From a virus (lineage: Duplodnaviria; Caudoviricetes): 64,000 bases of DNA. The stretch spans positions 765 through 64,764 of IMG/VR virus record IMGVR_UViG_2728369139_000007. The stretch is one strand, 5' to 3'. Both the position numbers and the translations under genes were made by a program. Shown here in pieces: positions 30,040 through 40,148 of the stretch (within the stretch, counting starts at the first letter, position 1; each line of letters begins with the position of its first letter). The notes beneath the pieces were generated by a model, which saw only the letters and a program-made list of their open reading frames with translations, ran no database searches and was not told the origin of the DNA.

Positions 30040-30423
30040 TTACGACACATCGGGAATTGGTAAATCAGATAGTATGCCGTTACCTTTATTAAGAAGTCGC
30101 GGCTGCACACGTTCCAATTGTTTTTGTGCATTATATATTAATTGTATCTCCATCTCTTTTCCGGTTACTTTATGGGAGACAAGAACCTTTTCTAGCATAC
30201 CGTGCGCATTAAAAGCTAAATCATAATGCAGATATTTATCACCATCGACTGCAGATAGACGAGCACCGTCACGAATAAGCGTATATCCTTCGGTCATGCC
30301 TTCTTTAAATACGTCATTTGGGTCATTCCCAGGCATTGGTTTACCACCGGTATATATTTGCCTATCAATTAATCCTTTCATCAAATACATAATAGGATCA
30401 TATAAGTTTTTTTGCATTATCAT
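30040..30423 (-). CDS. Tail module protein
   Basis: Gene order. Confidence 0.6.
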   Translation of the reverse strand: MIMQKNLYDPIMYLMKGLIDRQIYTGGKPMPGNDPNDVFKEGMTEGYTLIRDGARLSAVDGDKYLHYDLAFNAHGMLEKVLVSHKVTGKEMEIQLIYNAQKQLERVQPRLLNKGNGILSDLPIPDVS

Positions 30424-30433
30424 AGAATCACCC

Positions 30434-31978
30434 CTAGTTCACCCTCGTAACAGACCACGTTTTAGCTGGCCGTTGGATATAATAGTGATTTGCATCTTGA
30501 TTTACCCGAGGAAATGATAAATCTGGTAAAGAACCATAATCAAATAAGATATTATTCTGCGTATCTAGTACTTGTAAACGTCCTGTAAGAATCCCTTTAG
30601 GGTTCCGAACTGCTTCAAATACGATAATATTCACGCCATATTCTAGTGGAATATCAACGTATGTTGGATTGTTCCGGATGAAATAATTTTCTTCAACTAA
30701 CTTATCATTACAATAAATATTTAATAAGTCGCCATCCTCTAAATCCCAATCCCAAAGTTTTAATCGTAGCGTATCAATGTTTACTGTAATACCGGTTATA
30801 TCTGTATATGGAGCAGGTTCATACCCGTAGTTAACTGTTAAATCTAAAGTTTGATAGAATCCGTCATCTGCAGATATCATTGTATTAATACCTTTAACGA
30901 AGTAATTCCACTGTTGGCCAGAATCTCTATTGAAAACAGAAACTACATCAAATAATTGAATCCGTGGATCCCCAACGACTGCAACTGTTAATGTTCTGAA
31001 CTTCTGAATTGCTTTTAAATGATAAGCTGCAGCAACTGCTCTTCTTGCAAAGAATGTTGTGGCCCAGGGAACTTCTATCATTTCCTCTCGTAAATCACCC
31101 TGTGATACATTTTTTAATAGAAACGAATTAAGAAATCCATTTGCGTAATCTCCGCATTTAACAACAATGCTATTACTTATATCCTGGTCCGTTAGCTGCA
31201 TATCTAATGAAATAAGGTTCTCGCCTTCTCTAAAGCTAAACTTTGCAGGTTCGTTAATTGCATAATCTGGCATTTTCATAAACGTACAACTGCCATCTGG
31301 TTCGTGTTTAATGTAATGGAATGTTGTATCTATAATGTCGCGAACAATTTCATCCCACTTTTGAAACCTCTTCCCGGTTGCTCCTTCAACAATCCAACTT
31401 TGATTGGTACCAGGAATGTTTACTCTGCGGCCGTGCAATTGAACTCCTGCTTTTTCAAAGAAGAATTTCACTACATCATAAACATTACCGGTTGGTGCAA
31501 CAATTTCATCTGATCCAGGTGTTGGAATCACCGACTTATGAAGAACCTTTTTATAAGACGTTGTACAGGTTACTGAAATAGTGCCACTTTCGGCATTTAC
31601 CTTCACATCCGATACAAAACCATGTATATATGGTAAAGCTTCGTTACCGTAACCAATAGACACTTTAAATTCAGTCTGTGGATATAACTGGTTTGTATTT
31701 GTTACCTCACTGTTATAAAACCATTCTTGAATAGAAGAAAACTTACCATACCAGTTATCCGGAGCCATTTCCCCATATTCATTTGCAAAGCTAATAGTAA
31801 ATGTACTAGCGAACTGATCTGCGTTCTCCTGCACTTCTAAGCCTATTACACGGTGTTGTATTTGTACGTAAGAAGAAGAGTCTCTTCTCTTCATATAAAC
31901 AATTAAATTAGGGGAATTATTACCCACTTGGAAATAGCTCCCTAACATTCTAATTAAAGAAATAGACCCTTCTCTCAC
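30434..31978 (-). CDS. Tail hub/Tal-like baseplate protein
   Basis: Second gene after tape measure; GDPRIQLFDVV motif. Confidence 0.65.
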   Translation of the reverse strand: MREGSISLIRMLGSYFQVGNNSPNLIVYMKRRDSSSYVQIQHRVIGLEVQENADQFASTFTISFANEYGEMAPDNWYGKFSSIQEWFYNSEVTNTNQLYPQTEFKVSIGYGNEALPYIHGFVSDVKVNAESGTISVTCTTSYKKVLHKSVIPTPGSDEIVAPTGNVYDVVKFFFEKAGVQLHGRRVNIPGTNQSWIVEGATGKRFQKWDEIVRDIIDTTFHYIKHEPDGSCTFMKMPDYAINEPAKFSFREGENLISLDMQLTDQDISNSIVVKCGDYANGFLNSFLLKNVSQGDLREEMIEVPWATTFFARRAVAAAYHLKAIQKFRTLTVAVVGDPRIQLFDVVSVFNRDSGQQWNYFVKGINTMISADDGFYQTLDLTVNYGYEPAPYTDITGITVNIDTLRLKLWDWDLEDGDLLNIYCNDKLVEENYFIRNNPTYVDIPLEYGVNIIVFEAVRNPKGILTGRLQVLDTQNNILFDYGSLPDLSFPRVNQDANHYYIQRPAKTWSVTRVN

Positions 31979-32658
31979 ATTCCATCAACTCCTATTCCTG
32001 CTTGCGACATAGATATTAATTTACATTTTGCTATGACTAGCGTTCCTTTTCGTAGTGCATCTACTTCATTCGGTGGAATTATACCCCCATATGTACCGTA
32101 ATCACCAGTAATAATATGAGGGCGATATATTTCCCTCATGAAATCACGCCAATAACTGATATCGTTGAATAGTAAAGTAAATTCTACTTCGCATCCTTTG
32201 TTACCAGCACTTTGGAAACGTGGGTATCCATGCATGACATTATAGGTTTTTAAGCCATCTAGTGATTTCGGTAATTTTGTTTGCTCAATCATTGCGATGT
32301 TTGGGACGAATCCAAAAGCGTAATAATGAACATCACGTATATAAGCTACATCTGCACCACCATAACCGCTTGTTGTGAATTCAATTGTTTGTGGTCCTGC
32401 ACCTACAAATATCTCTCTAGATTCCCAAGCATAAGCACCTCTTGCTTTAAATTTTTCAATACCATTTACTCGAACAATAAAATATTTATTTGGTAACATA
32501 CCATCAGAACCAATAGGGACTTGGGACATAAATGAAAAGTTATATGTCCCTGGCCATGAGAAATTAATCGTATATCGTATTGTGTTTTTTACCTCTGCTA
32601 CATCCCCTAAGAGATGGTATGAACCACCTCTTCTATGCAATGTTTTTAATATACTCAT
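31975..32658 (-). CDS. Distal tail protein-like
   Basis: Directly after tape measure. Confidence 0.55.
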   Translation of the reverse strand: MSILKTLHRRGGSYHLLGDVAEVKNTIRYTINFSWPGTYNFSFMSQVPIGSDGMLPNKYFIVRVNGIEKFKARGAYAWESREIFVGAGPQTIEFTTSGYGGADVAYIRDVHYYAFGFVPNIAMIEQTKLPKSLDGLKTYNVMHGYPRFQSAGNKGCEVEFTLLFNDISYWRDFMREIYRPHIITGDYGTYGGIIPPNEVDALRKGTLVIAKCKLISMSQAGIGVDGM

Positions 32659-35585
32659 ACATTTCGCACCGCCATTCCCATTAGATCATCAGCAACTACG
32701 TTTTGTAGCAGCTTTCTCATTTTTACAAAGTCGTCTGCAGATTGTAGTTTTTCAACAGCGACTCTAAATGTAGCATTTTGAATTGTTACGCCTTTATCCG
32801 TTTTCTTTTCAACGTGGGTTTGTCCAGCATATGGATGTGCATTCTTACCGATTAAATCAGCAGAGCGCGCTCCCATTTGTCCAATTTGAGTAGATACATC
32901 GGTTACTAGTTTCATTGGTTTAGGTGGAATAACGGCTTTATTTAATAGTTCAGAAGCTCTATCTACTGCAGGAATCATTTTTTCCATCCCTACACCTAGA
33001 CCTTCTGTAATAAATCCACCGAATTCCATCATTAGACGTGAAGGAGACCGGATACCAAAGAACTTTTTAACTGCTTTTGGAATTCCACTGACTACGCCTT
33101 TTGCTTTATCAGCTACCCAACCACCCATCGCAGCCATACCTTCACCAATACCGGCAATGATATCTTTTCCCCAGCTAACTGCATCTTTTGCTACATTTTT
33201 TACAATGGATCCCACTTTGCCAAATACATCTTTTACGATATCTACAATACCTGTAAAAGCTCCCGTAATAGCTTTCTTAATTGCAGAAAAGCTACTTACT
33301 ATGAAATCTTTAATAGCGCCAACAACACTAAAAATAGTATTTTTAAGTCTATTAAAATTATCAACTACGAAATTAACAAAGGCTCGAACGGCTCCAATGA
33401 TCGTATCCTTAATAAAGTTCCATGCCGCTTGAATGAAATTTTTCAAAAAGTTCATTACATTAATAATTATATTTTTAATAAAATTGAATGCGGATTGAAC
33501 AGTATTTTTAATGAAATTTAAAACCGTGACAAATACCGTTTTTATAAAATTCAGGGCTGCGGAAATTATAGTTTTAATAACATTCATCGCTGTTGAAATC
33601 ACATTTTTTATAAATTCGAAAGCAGCACGAATAAACGATTTCAAAAAGTTAAGGACAGTTGTAAATATCGTTTTAATGATATTCCACCCAACTCTAAAAA
33701 TCGTTTGCCATATTTTTATATAAAAAGAAATTACGTTTTTTATAAATTCTAAGGCGAATTTAACAACGCTTTTTAAAATATTTAAAGCGGCAGTAAAAAT
33801 GAATTTTATAGCAGTCCAACCAAGTTCGAATGCTTTTTTCCAGAAATTAATGTAAAACTTTATAACTGCAGCTATACCGCGCCAAGCTGCTTCGAGTATT
33901 TTTCCTATAAATGATACGGAAGCATGGAAGACTTTTTTCGTTCCTTCCCAAAATCCAGAAAAGAACTTGGATAACCCATTCCAAGCGGATTTTGCACCTT
34001 TTACAGTAGCATCCCACCCCTTAGAACAAGCGTCACCTATCCATTTCACGGCTTGTTTTGTATATTTAACAACTGAATCCCAATTTTTGTAAATCAAATA
34101 CACTAATCCAACAACTGCAAGTATGGCAATCGTCCAGGGATTCATCAGTAATGTCATTGCAGATCTTCCAAGTATAGCGAGCGCTTTACCTATTGCACCA
34201 AACATCCCAATAAGTTTAGGTCCTAGTTTTAATATACCTGTAAATAATAAAGGAACCTTAGATAATACCGGTACTAGGAATCTGAACGAACCGACAAATG
34301 CACCAACTCCACTTGTCATGAATCCCATCATGGCAATTAGTGGACCTAATACAGCAACCATACCTAAAATTGCTACGATACCAATTTGGATTGGTTTTGG
34401 AATAGAACTAAACGCCTTTGCAGCTAACTCTACAGCTTTGATAATAGGAGGAAGAGCAACTTCTGCAATATCAATAATTGCTTGGCCTAGCGGTTCTAAT
34501 GATGCCATTGTAGTACGAGTAAGTTTTTGCCAGCGAACACCAAATGCTTCTTGCTGTGTCTTTTGCATATTTTTCATTGATCCATCAACATCGCCAAGAG
34601 CACCGTTAACATTGGTAAGTCCAAGGACCACTTCATTTCCCATGTCTTCAAATTTTGTCCCGAAAATAGCTTTTCCAAGTTCAGTCTGTTTGGACTTATC
34701 TTGTACTTGCTGTAAATCTCCTATAATCGCTTTGAACATATCTGAAGACGTTGCTTTTCCTTGCTTAAAATTCTCGTACAACTTTTGAGTTTCAGGAGAT
34801 AGTTCCTTGATGTTATCTAACATTTTCGGCTCTGTCATTCGTATACCGAACTCTTTTACAAGGTCATTTATATAATCTAGATTATAAGAACCGTCACGGG
34901 TTCCGTTTGCCATAATGGTAAACATCTCATTAGCAGAGAAGCCAGCTTGTTTGAATAACGGTGAGTATTCAGCTACGTTATCAAACATTTCATTCGAATA
35001 GTTCAATCCTTCTTGTCCACCTGCAGCAAATAAATCAAATGCTTCTTTGGAGGAAATACCGAATTGATTCATTAACTGCCCTGCACCACGAGTAACTTCA
35101 TTGATATCAGAATCGAAAGTTTTCCCTAGTGTCATAGCGCTTTTGGTTGCTTCCTCTAATTCATCGTAAGGAACTTCTTTCATGTTCTGATACACTTTTA
35201 CGAGCGACTGATCTACTTCTTCAATACTTTGGCCAAATCCATCCTTCCAAGTTTCCTTTGCGATTTTACCTAAGTTTTCGGCACCTTTTTCAGTAAGACC
35301 TAAAGAAGATTGGATGTTTCTTTGAGAAGCATCGAAATCAGATGCTACTTTAACAGCTGCAGCACCAATACCAGCTAGAGGAAGAGTTACACCGGCTGTC
35401 ATATTCGCGCCAGTTTCCTGCATCTTGCTACCTACATGGCTAATTGACTCTCCTGCTCTTTGGAATTTATCATGCATTCCGTTTGCGGTTTGTTGTACGC
35501 GGTCTTCAAATTGTTGTAAATCTTTATAAGCACCTTCTGCTTTAATACCAATTGTTCCGAACAACTGGAACATTTCAGCGAGCAT
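32655..35585 (-). CDS. Tail tape measure protein
   Basis: 976 aa; 11-residue W/F repeats; GIRSPSRLM motif. Confidence 0.93.
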   Translation of the reverse strand: MLAEMFQLFGTIGIKAEGAYKDLQQFEDRVQQTANGMHDKFQRAGESISHVGSKMQETGANMTAGVTLPLAGIGAAAVKVASDFDASQRNIQSSLGLTEKGAENLGKIAKETWKDGFGQSIEEVDQSLVKVYQNMKEVPYDELEEATKSAMTLGKTFDSDINEVTRGAGQLMNQFGISSKEAFDLFAAGGQEGLNYSNEMFDNVAEYSPLFKQAGFSANEMFTIMANGTRDGSYNLDYINDLVKEFGIRMTEPKMLDNIKELSPETQKLYENFKQGKATSSDMFKAIIGDLQQVQDKSKQTELGKAIFGTKFEDMGNEVVLGLTNVNGALGDVDGSMKNMQKTQQEAFGVRWQKLTRTTMASLEPLGQAIIDIAEVALPPIIKAVELAAKAFSSIPKPIQIGIVAILGMVAVLGPLIAMMGFMTSGVGAFVGSFRFLVPVLSKVPLLFTGILKLGPKLIGMFGAIGKALAILGRSAMTLLMNPWTIAILAVVGLVYLIYKNWDSVVKYTKQAVKWIGDACSKGWDATVKGAKSAWNGLSKFFSGFWEGTKKVFHASVSFIGKILEAAWRGIAAVIKFYINFWKKAFELGWTAIKFIFTAALNILKSVVKFALEFIKNVISFYIKIWQTIFRVGWNIIKTIFTTVLNFLKSFIRAAFEFIKNVISTAMNVIKTIISAALNFIKTVFVTVLNFIKNTVQSAFNFIKNIIINVMNFLKNFIQAAWNFIKDTIIGAVRAFVNFVVDNFNRLKNTIFSVVGAIKDFIVSSFSAIKKAITGAFTGIVDIVKDVFGKVGSIVKNVAKDAVSWGKDIIAGIGEGMAAMGGWVADKAKGVVSGIPKAVKKFFGIRSPSRLMMEFGGFITEGLGVGMEKMIPAVDRASELLNKAVIPPKPMKLVTDVSTQIGQMGARSADLIGKNAHPYAGQTHVEKKTDKGVTIQNATFRVAVEKLQSADDFVKMRKLLQNVVADDLMGMAVRNV

Positions 35586-35622
35586 TTACGCACCCCCTTC
35601 GCTGGGGTTTATTACCCATTTA

Positions 35623-36033
35623 TTACTCATCGTCGTCTTGGAATTGAGCCATGATTTGCTCAACATGCGCTTCACATTCTTCTTTCGTCCATACTTCACC
35701 CATCTTATAAGAGGAATCTTTATCTTCTTGAGAACCAGCAAGTCCATAAGCTTGAAGGTAATCGTTAAAAGTGGTTCCTTCTTCTAGTTGACGGGTTTGA
35801 AATCCGATGAACGCCATCTTCTTCCACTCATTTAATTCTTCTTGCTGCTCTTCTTGTGCAATGAAAGAAAATAAGTCCATTAAACGCGAATAAGGTATAG
35901 ATAAGACATATTCATCTGTCCACCCATACCGTTTTTGGATCTTATCGAAAGCACGTAACATATTTTGTTCTGCTTCCTCTAAATATTCATCCTCGTTTAC
36001 GCTTGAATCGGAGCCGTTGCCGGTTTGCTCCAT
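35623..36033 (-). CDS. Tail assembly chaperone, frameshifted C-terminal (GT) part
   Basis: -1 frame relative to upstream gene; open from the T TTT TTC slip site at 36072-36078. Confidence 0.75.
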   Translation of the reverse strand: MEQTGNGSDSSVNEDEYLEEAEQNMLRAFDKIQKRYGWTDEYVLSIPYSRLMDLFSFIAQEEQQEELNEWKKMAFIGFQTRQLEEGTTFNDYLQAYGLAGSQEDKDSSYKMGEVWTKEECEAHVEQIMAQFQDDDE

Positions 36034-36515
36034 TTCTCGCTCTGAACTTTCACTAGTCCCTTGACCTGGTTGAAAAAAGTCATTAAGTCCTCACTTTCTA
36101 GTAATCCCTGTATAACAGCAACCATTGCTTCCGGAGGGAACTGGCGAAACTCTTCTGCTTTTACTTTTAATAAACTAGCAAAGAACTCTGTAAAATCATC
36201 CTCACAAGCAGGAATCATTGTTAAAACACGAAAAGCAAATTCTAATCCTTTTTGTTGCTGCTTCTCTTTAAGTGCAGATAATTGCGCTTGTTTTTCTTCT
36301 TCCGGAAGGGATTCAGCTAATTTAGTTAGTTCATCCATTTCTTGCTTATCCTTACCAAAATCAGCAAAGTTAGCCATTGCGCTGCGTCCAACCTTCGAAA
36401 TAATCTTAGCGAATCGCCAAACGTCCGTTACATTTAATCGTCTCATTGCTACTGTTTCGCCCATGATTGTAATGTCTGTACCGTTGTTCATCATCTTTTC
36501 TAAAATTGAAACCAT
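35997..36515 (-). CDS. Tail assembly chaperone (gpG-like)
   Basis: Between major tail and tape measure; slippery heptamer near its 3' end. Confidence 0.8.
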   Translation of the reverse strand: MVSILEKMMNNGTDITIMGETVAMRRLNVTDVWRFAKIISKVGRSAMANFADFGKDKQEMDELTKLAESLPEEEKQAQLSALKEKQQQKGLEFAFRVLTMIPACEDDFTEFFASLLKVKAEEFRQFPPEAMVAVIQGLLESEDLMTFFNQVKGLVKVQSEKWSKPATAPIQA

Positions 36516-36572
36516 TTCGTTCTCTCCTTTTAGCGTCTAGCTAGTTTTATGTAATAGAAAACCGACTACCAT

Positions 36573-37181
36573 TTATGCGGTAGCCGGCGCTTTAGCAGGT
36601 GCTCCTGCTACTTTCTTTTTCTTCGGTAAATAGATTTCATAAGGCGGTGTATTTGGTGCAGATTCACTGTAATGGCCGATGAATTTACATTTCAAACCAA
36701 CCGTTCCCTTTCCATCTTTCAAATCAACTTCAATAGATGAAACTACTAATGCATTTCGCACAACGAAAATAACCGGCAATGTGCTTCCCGAAACCATCCC
36801 AATCAAAGCAATATCGTGATAACTTGAGTCAGGAATTTCATTTGAAGGCGTCATAATATCGTAATCAGTTTCTGTTGTAGAATCTACTGTCATTCCAGGT
36901 AAAGCTAACTGCAGGTTTTCTTTTGTAAACTCTACTAATGTAAGTTCGATATGCGGTTCATCTTTTAATAACCATTTACCGCGCACCATTTTACCTAGCA
37001 CACCATCAATATCTGCATCATAGTACTCACGATCAAATCCCACTTTCGTACCACCGGTAGTTGCTCCAACCATTTCCCCGAGTTCTTTTACACTTTTAAA
37101 GCCTTTGTACATAACACCAGGGCCAATTACGAAATTATCAGTAGTTCCTTCCCGAACACCATTAATTAATTTCCAGCTCAT
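36573..37181 (-). CDS. Major tail (tube) protein
   Basis: Gene order; GATTGG motif. Confidence 0.75.
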   Translation of the reverse strand: MSWKLINGVREGTTDNFVIGPGVMYKGFKSVKELGEMVGATTGGTKVGFDREYYDADIDGVLGKMVRGKWLLKDEPHIELTLVEFTKENLQLALPGMTVDSTTETDYDIMTPSNEIPDSSYHDIALIGMVSGSTLPVIFVVRNALVVSSIEVDLKDGKGTVGLKCKFIGHYSESAPNTPPYEIYLPKKKKVAGAPAKAPATA

Positions 37182-37193
37182 TTGTTCTACCCC

Positions 37194-37616
37194 CTAATAC
37201 AAGTCCGTTCGTATGGTTCGGACAAGAAATTTTACATTTATATGAATGATAGATGGATCTTCATCCGGTACCGGCAGCTTACCAGCACGAAATATAGAAA
37301 GTATCCCATCATCTTTTAAACCAACTTCTCTATCTAGTAATTTCTCAATACGTGTAGCAATTAACTTTGCCTTATCATAATCCCCGTTATCACAATAGAC
37401 ATCAAAATTCAGTATCATACGATCTATAATTTCAACATCATCCGGATTATCTGCTTCAATTCTCATAACTACATAAGGCATTTCCATATCATCTTGTGCA
37501 GTTTGAAATGTAAGAGCAGGGCCTTTGTCCTCGTCTTCACCATATTCCGATAGATTAGCCTTTATTATTTCATCGCTCTCTACAAGCGTTCTAATAGCTG
37601 CAATAGCAGTAGACAT
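37194..37616 (-). CDS. Tail terminator (DUF3168-like)
   Basis: MPYVVM...NFDVY; gene order. Confidence 0.7.
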   Translation of the reverse strand: MSTAIAAIRTLVESDEIIKANLSEYGEDEDKGPALTFQTAQDDMEMPYVVMRIEADNPDDVEIIDRMILNFDVYCDNGDYDKAKLIATRIEKLLDREVGLKDDGILSIFRAGKLPVPDEDPSIIHINVKFLVRTIRTDLY

Positions 37617-37619
37617 AAA

Positions 37620-38030
37620 TTACCCTCCCATCTGCCTTTTCAGTTCTCTGCGTTCTCTCTCGAACGTTTTTAATAGGAATGGACGGGCTTCCATATTACT
37701 TGTACCAGTTTCAAGCCATATTGCCTTTTGCAAGTCACTTCCTACTGCGCCCAATACTTCTGATTGTGACCTTTTAATGTTGTACTTAATAGAATTCAAC
37801 AAATCACCGGTACGAACAGCAGGCGCTTCACCTGGCTTAGAAGCAGTATACTTGCGACTAGTATGAGGTATCTTGTATTGTTTACCACTACGACTACCTG
37901 TAAGAGTTTTCTTAACTTGATTTTGCAAATGGATTGTAGCACCAGTTACTTTTTCAACACACATATTATTTATTTGTGTTTTTACTTGCTCCATATTGCT
38001 TGAAAACTCAACTTCTACTGAACTAGACAT
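37620..38030 (-). CDS. HK97 gp10-like neck protein
   Basis: PAVRTGDLLNSI...LETGTSNMEARPFL. Confidence 0.85.
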   Translation of the reverse strand: MSSSVEVEFSSNMEQVKTQINNMCVEKVTGATIHLQNQVKKTLTGSRSGKQYKIPHTSRKYTASKPGEAPAVRTGDLLNSIKYNIKRSQSEVLGAVGSDLQKAIWLETGTSNMEARPFLLKTFERERRELKRQMGG

Positions 38031-38036
38031 GTAGAA

Positions 38037-38405
38037 TCACACCTTTTCACAATAAATCTCAATGTGATGATTCATAAATGCAGGATTACGCGGTTCTCCT
38101 TTTACTTCAAACGTATAATCAACGCCTAATTCTTCATTTTTGAAATGAATACGATCATTAGGTTTAATTTTGTAAGAAGCAGGTGCATAAATCTTAAAAG
38201 TTGTATCGAAATTTTGTTTATCACGCTTAAACCTCTCATTATCAGCAGCAGAATTAGTAGTTACACGGCAAATCATATTCTCGTAAATGTCTTCTTCTAT
38301 TTCTGCATAATTACCAGAGGATTGTTTCTTTCTCTCTTTTCGTTTTACAACTACTTCATGAATATATAAGTCATCCATACTACCTTCATCAAAGTACATA
38401 TTCAT
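38037..38405 (-). CDS. Head closure protein
   Basis: IKPNDRI...HHIEIYC; gene order. Confidence 0.7.
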   Translation of the reverse strand: MNMYFDEGSMDDLYIHEVVVKRKERKKQSSGNYAEIEEDIYENMICRVTTNSAADNERFKRDKQNFDTTFKIYAPASYKIKPNDRIHFKNEELGVDYTFEVKGEPRNPAFMNHHIEIYCEKV

Positions 38406-38938
38406 GTAGCCATCACCGGCTTAATTCTTGCTCTAAACGATTTTAAACCATTGAGTATCTTATTATTTGTAGCAGGTTCATCTAACGTTTCTGGGCTAAT
38501 CTGGTACGAATAATCCCCAATACTTTCCGAGGTCTTCATTCCTTTTCGCTGTAAGTTAGCACGAACAACTGCTGAAATAACCAAATCAATAATACATTTC
38601 CTCATAAGTACCTGCAGATCATCATAATCTTGTATCTTATATTCGAATTCATATAATTGATTCTCGAATAAACCATAAACAATACGCCCGTTTACAGTAA
38701 TAGAATCGGTCATATCTTGTTTAGAACTAACATGAGTTACTTTTGCTATAGATTCGGCAGGAAAAGAAAGCCAAGCCAGTTTACTTGTCCGGATGGTTTC
38801 TTTCATCGGATTAGTTGGCTTGACTCTTATATACTTCCTTGTAATAACAGCATAGTAATCTATTAATTCTTGAATAACCGTATCGGGCATTTTCTGTACG
38901 TTTACGCGGTCTTTAATGTCCTGCACGGTAATATCCAT
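38402..38938 (-). CDS. Head-tail connector
   Basis: SESIGDYSY motif. Confidence 0.75.
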   Translation of the reverse strand: MDITVQDIKDRVNVQKMPDTVIQELIDYYAVITRKYIRVKPTNPMKETIRTSKLAWLSFPAESIAKVTHVSSKQDMTDSITVNGRIVYGLFENQLYEFEYKIQDYDDLQVLMRKCIIDLVISAVVRANLQRKGMKTSESIGDYSYQISPETLDEPATNNKILNGLKSFRARIKPVMAT

Positions 38939-39102
38939 TATTTATCCTTCTCTTTCTTATCGATTTCTCTTACAAGTTCGAAATGACCAGTACTTACAAG
39001 ATAATCAGCTTTATCATTTGCCACTGTTTCCTCTTGGCCATTCTTAAATGTTTGCCCGTAAGCAGTATAAGTACCACCTAAAAGAAGGTTAATTACTTTC
39101 AT
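38938..39102 (-). CDS. YqbF-like small head protein (MKVINLLLGGTYTAYGQTF...), not in ORF track
   Basis: Translated by hand; GAGGTG RBS; follows the capsid gene. Confidence 0.6.
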   Translation of the reverse strand: MKVINLLLGGTYTAYGQTFKNGQEETVANDKADYLVSTGHFELVREIDKKEKDK

Positions 39103-39138
39103 AAGTTACACCTCAATCCATAAAAATACGCCCGGCTA

Positions 39139-40128
39139 TTAAGCACCGAACGTATCTGGAATATTTGTAAGGATAGCAACTGCATCCAATTCTTGAATTA
39201 CAGCATCATCATCAAAGTGAATTACATAGAATCGTTTATCTTCCATTACTGCAGCTTTACCTTCTGTTGTTTTACGAATACGTGTTTCATATGTGTTAAC
39301 AGCAATAAAGTTACGTGGATCTGCAAGAATAATTACATCATCCGTTAAAGAAGGAACTGTAACAATTCCGTATCCCATCGGTTTATTAACTTGATCCCCT
39401 GCTCCAAGTAATGCAGCGTCACCAGCACCTGTAGGGCGGTTTGTTAAATATTCAATCCATTTTTCTCTGCGATTTGGAGACATAATCCAACGTAGATTAC
39501 TATTCTTATATTTGTTTGGCATAGCACCAGATAACGCAAAGATTGAACCTTTACCAAATCCATTTGCTGTTGCTGCTTCCCCTGTACCAGTTACTAGTTT
39601 AGCGTGGTCAATAATATGCGATTCTTTTGATTTTAAGATTTTCTTTAACCAACCATCGTTAATTGATAAGAATGGATCCGATGATTCAATATCACCATTC
39701 CAGTGTAAATCCTCTAAATCAACACCAGTTTGGGATGACATAAGAGTCATTACAGTATCTTCAAATCCTTCACCTTCAATATTTTCGCGAAGAGTTTCTT
39801 CTGTAATTTCCCAAGGTAAACGTAGTGCTTTTGTATTGTATGGAATAGTTGATGTTGTAACACCTGCGCGGTACTCATCATCTTTATTCTCTGTTTTCTT
39901 ACGTAAAATACGGCCGCCAATAACAACTTTATCAAGCACACCTTGTTTTGCTTTACGCATTTCTTTTCGATGTAATTGAGAGAATGGTGTTGCATCAAAT
40001 GCCATTCTAAAGAATTCTTTACTTTGCTCCGGGTTTAATAAACCAGAAGAAACTGATCCTGTAGTAATTGTCTTTTCAATTCTAGATAAACGTTGTAATA
40101 AATCTTTATTGTTGTACGTTGTTCCCAT
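39139..40128 (-). CDS. Major capsid protein (XkdG-like)
   Basis: GLLNPEQSKEF...LRENIEGEGFEDT. Confidence 0.88.
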   Translation of the reverse strand: MGTTYNNKDLLQRLSRIEKTITTGSVSSGLLNPEQSKEFFRMAFDATPFSQLHRKEMRKAKQGVLDKVVIGGRILRKKTENKDDEYRAGVTTSTIPYNTKALRLPWEITEETLRENIEGEGFEDTVMTLMSSQTGVDLEDLHWNGDIESSDPFLSINDGWLKKILKSKESHIIDHAKLVTGTGEAATANGFGKGSIFALSGAMPNKYKNSNLRWIMSPNRREKWIEYLTNRPTGAGDAALLGAGDQVNKPMGYGIVTVPSLTDDVIILADPRNFIAVNTYETRIRKTTEGKAAVMEDKRFYVIHFDDDAVIQELDAVAILTNIPDTFGA

Positions 40129-40148
40129 GTTAATATTTCCCCCTTATA

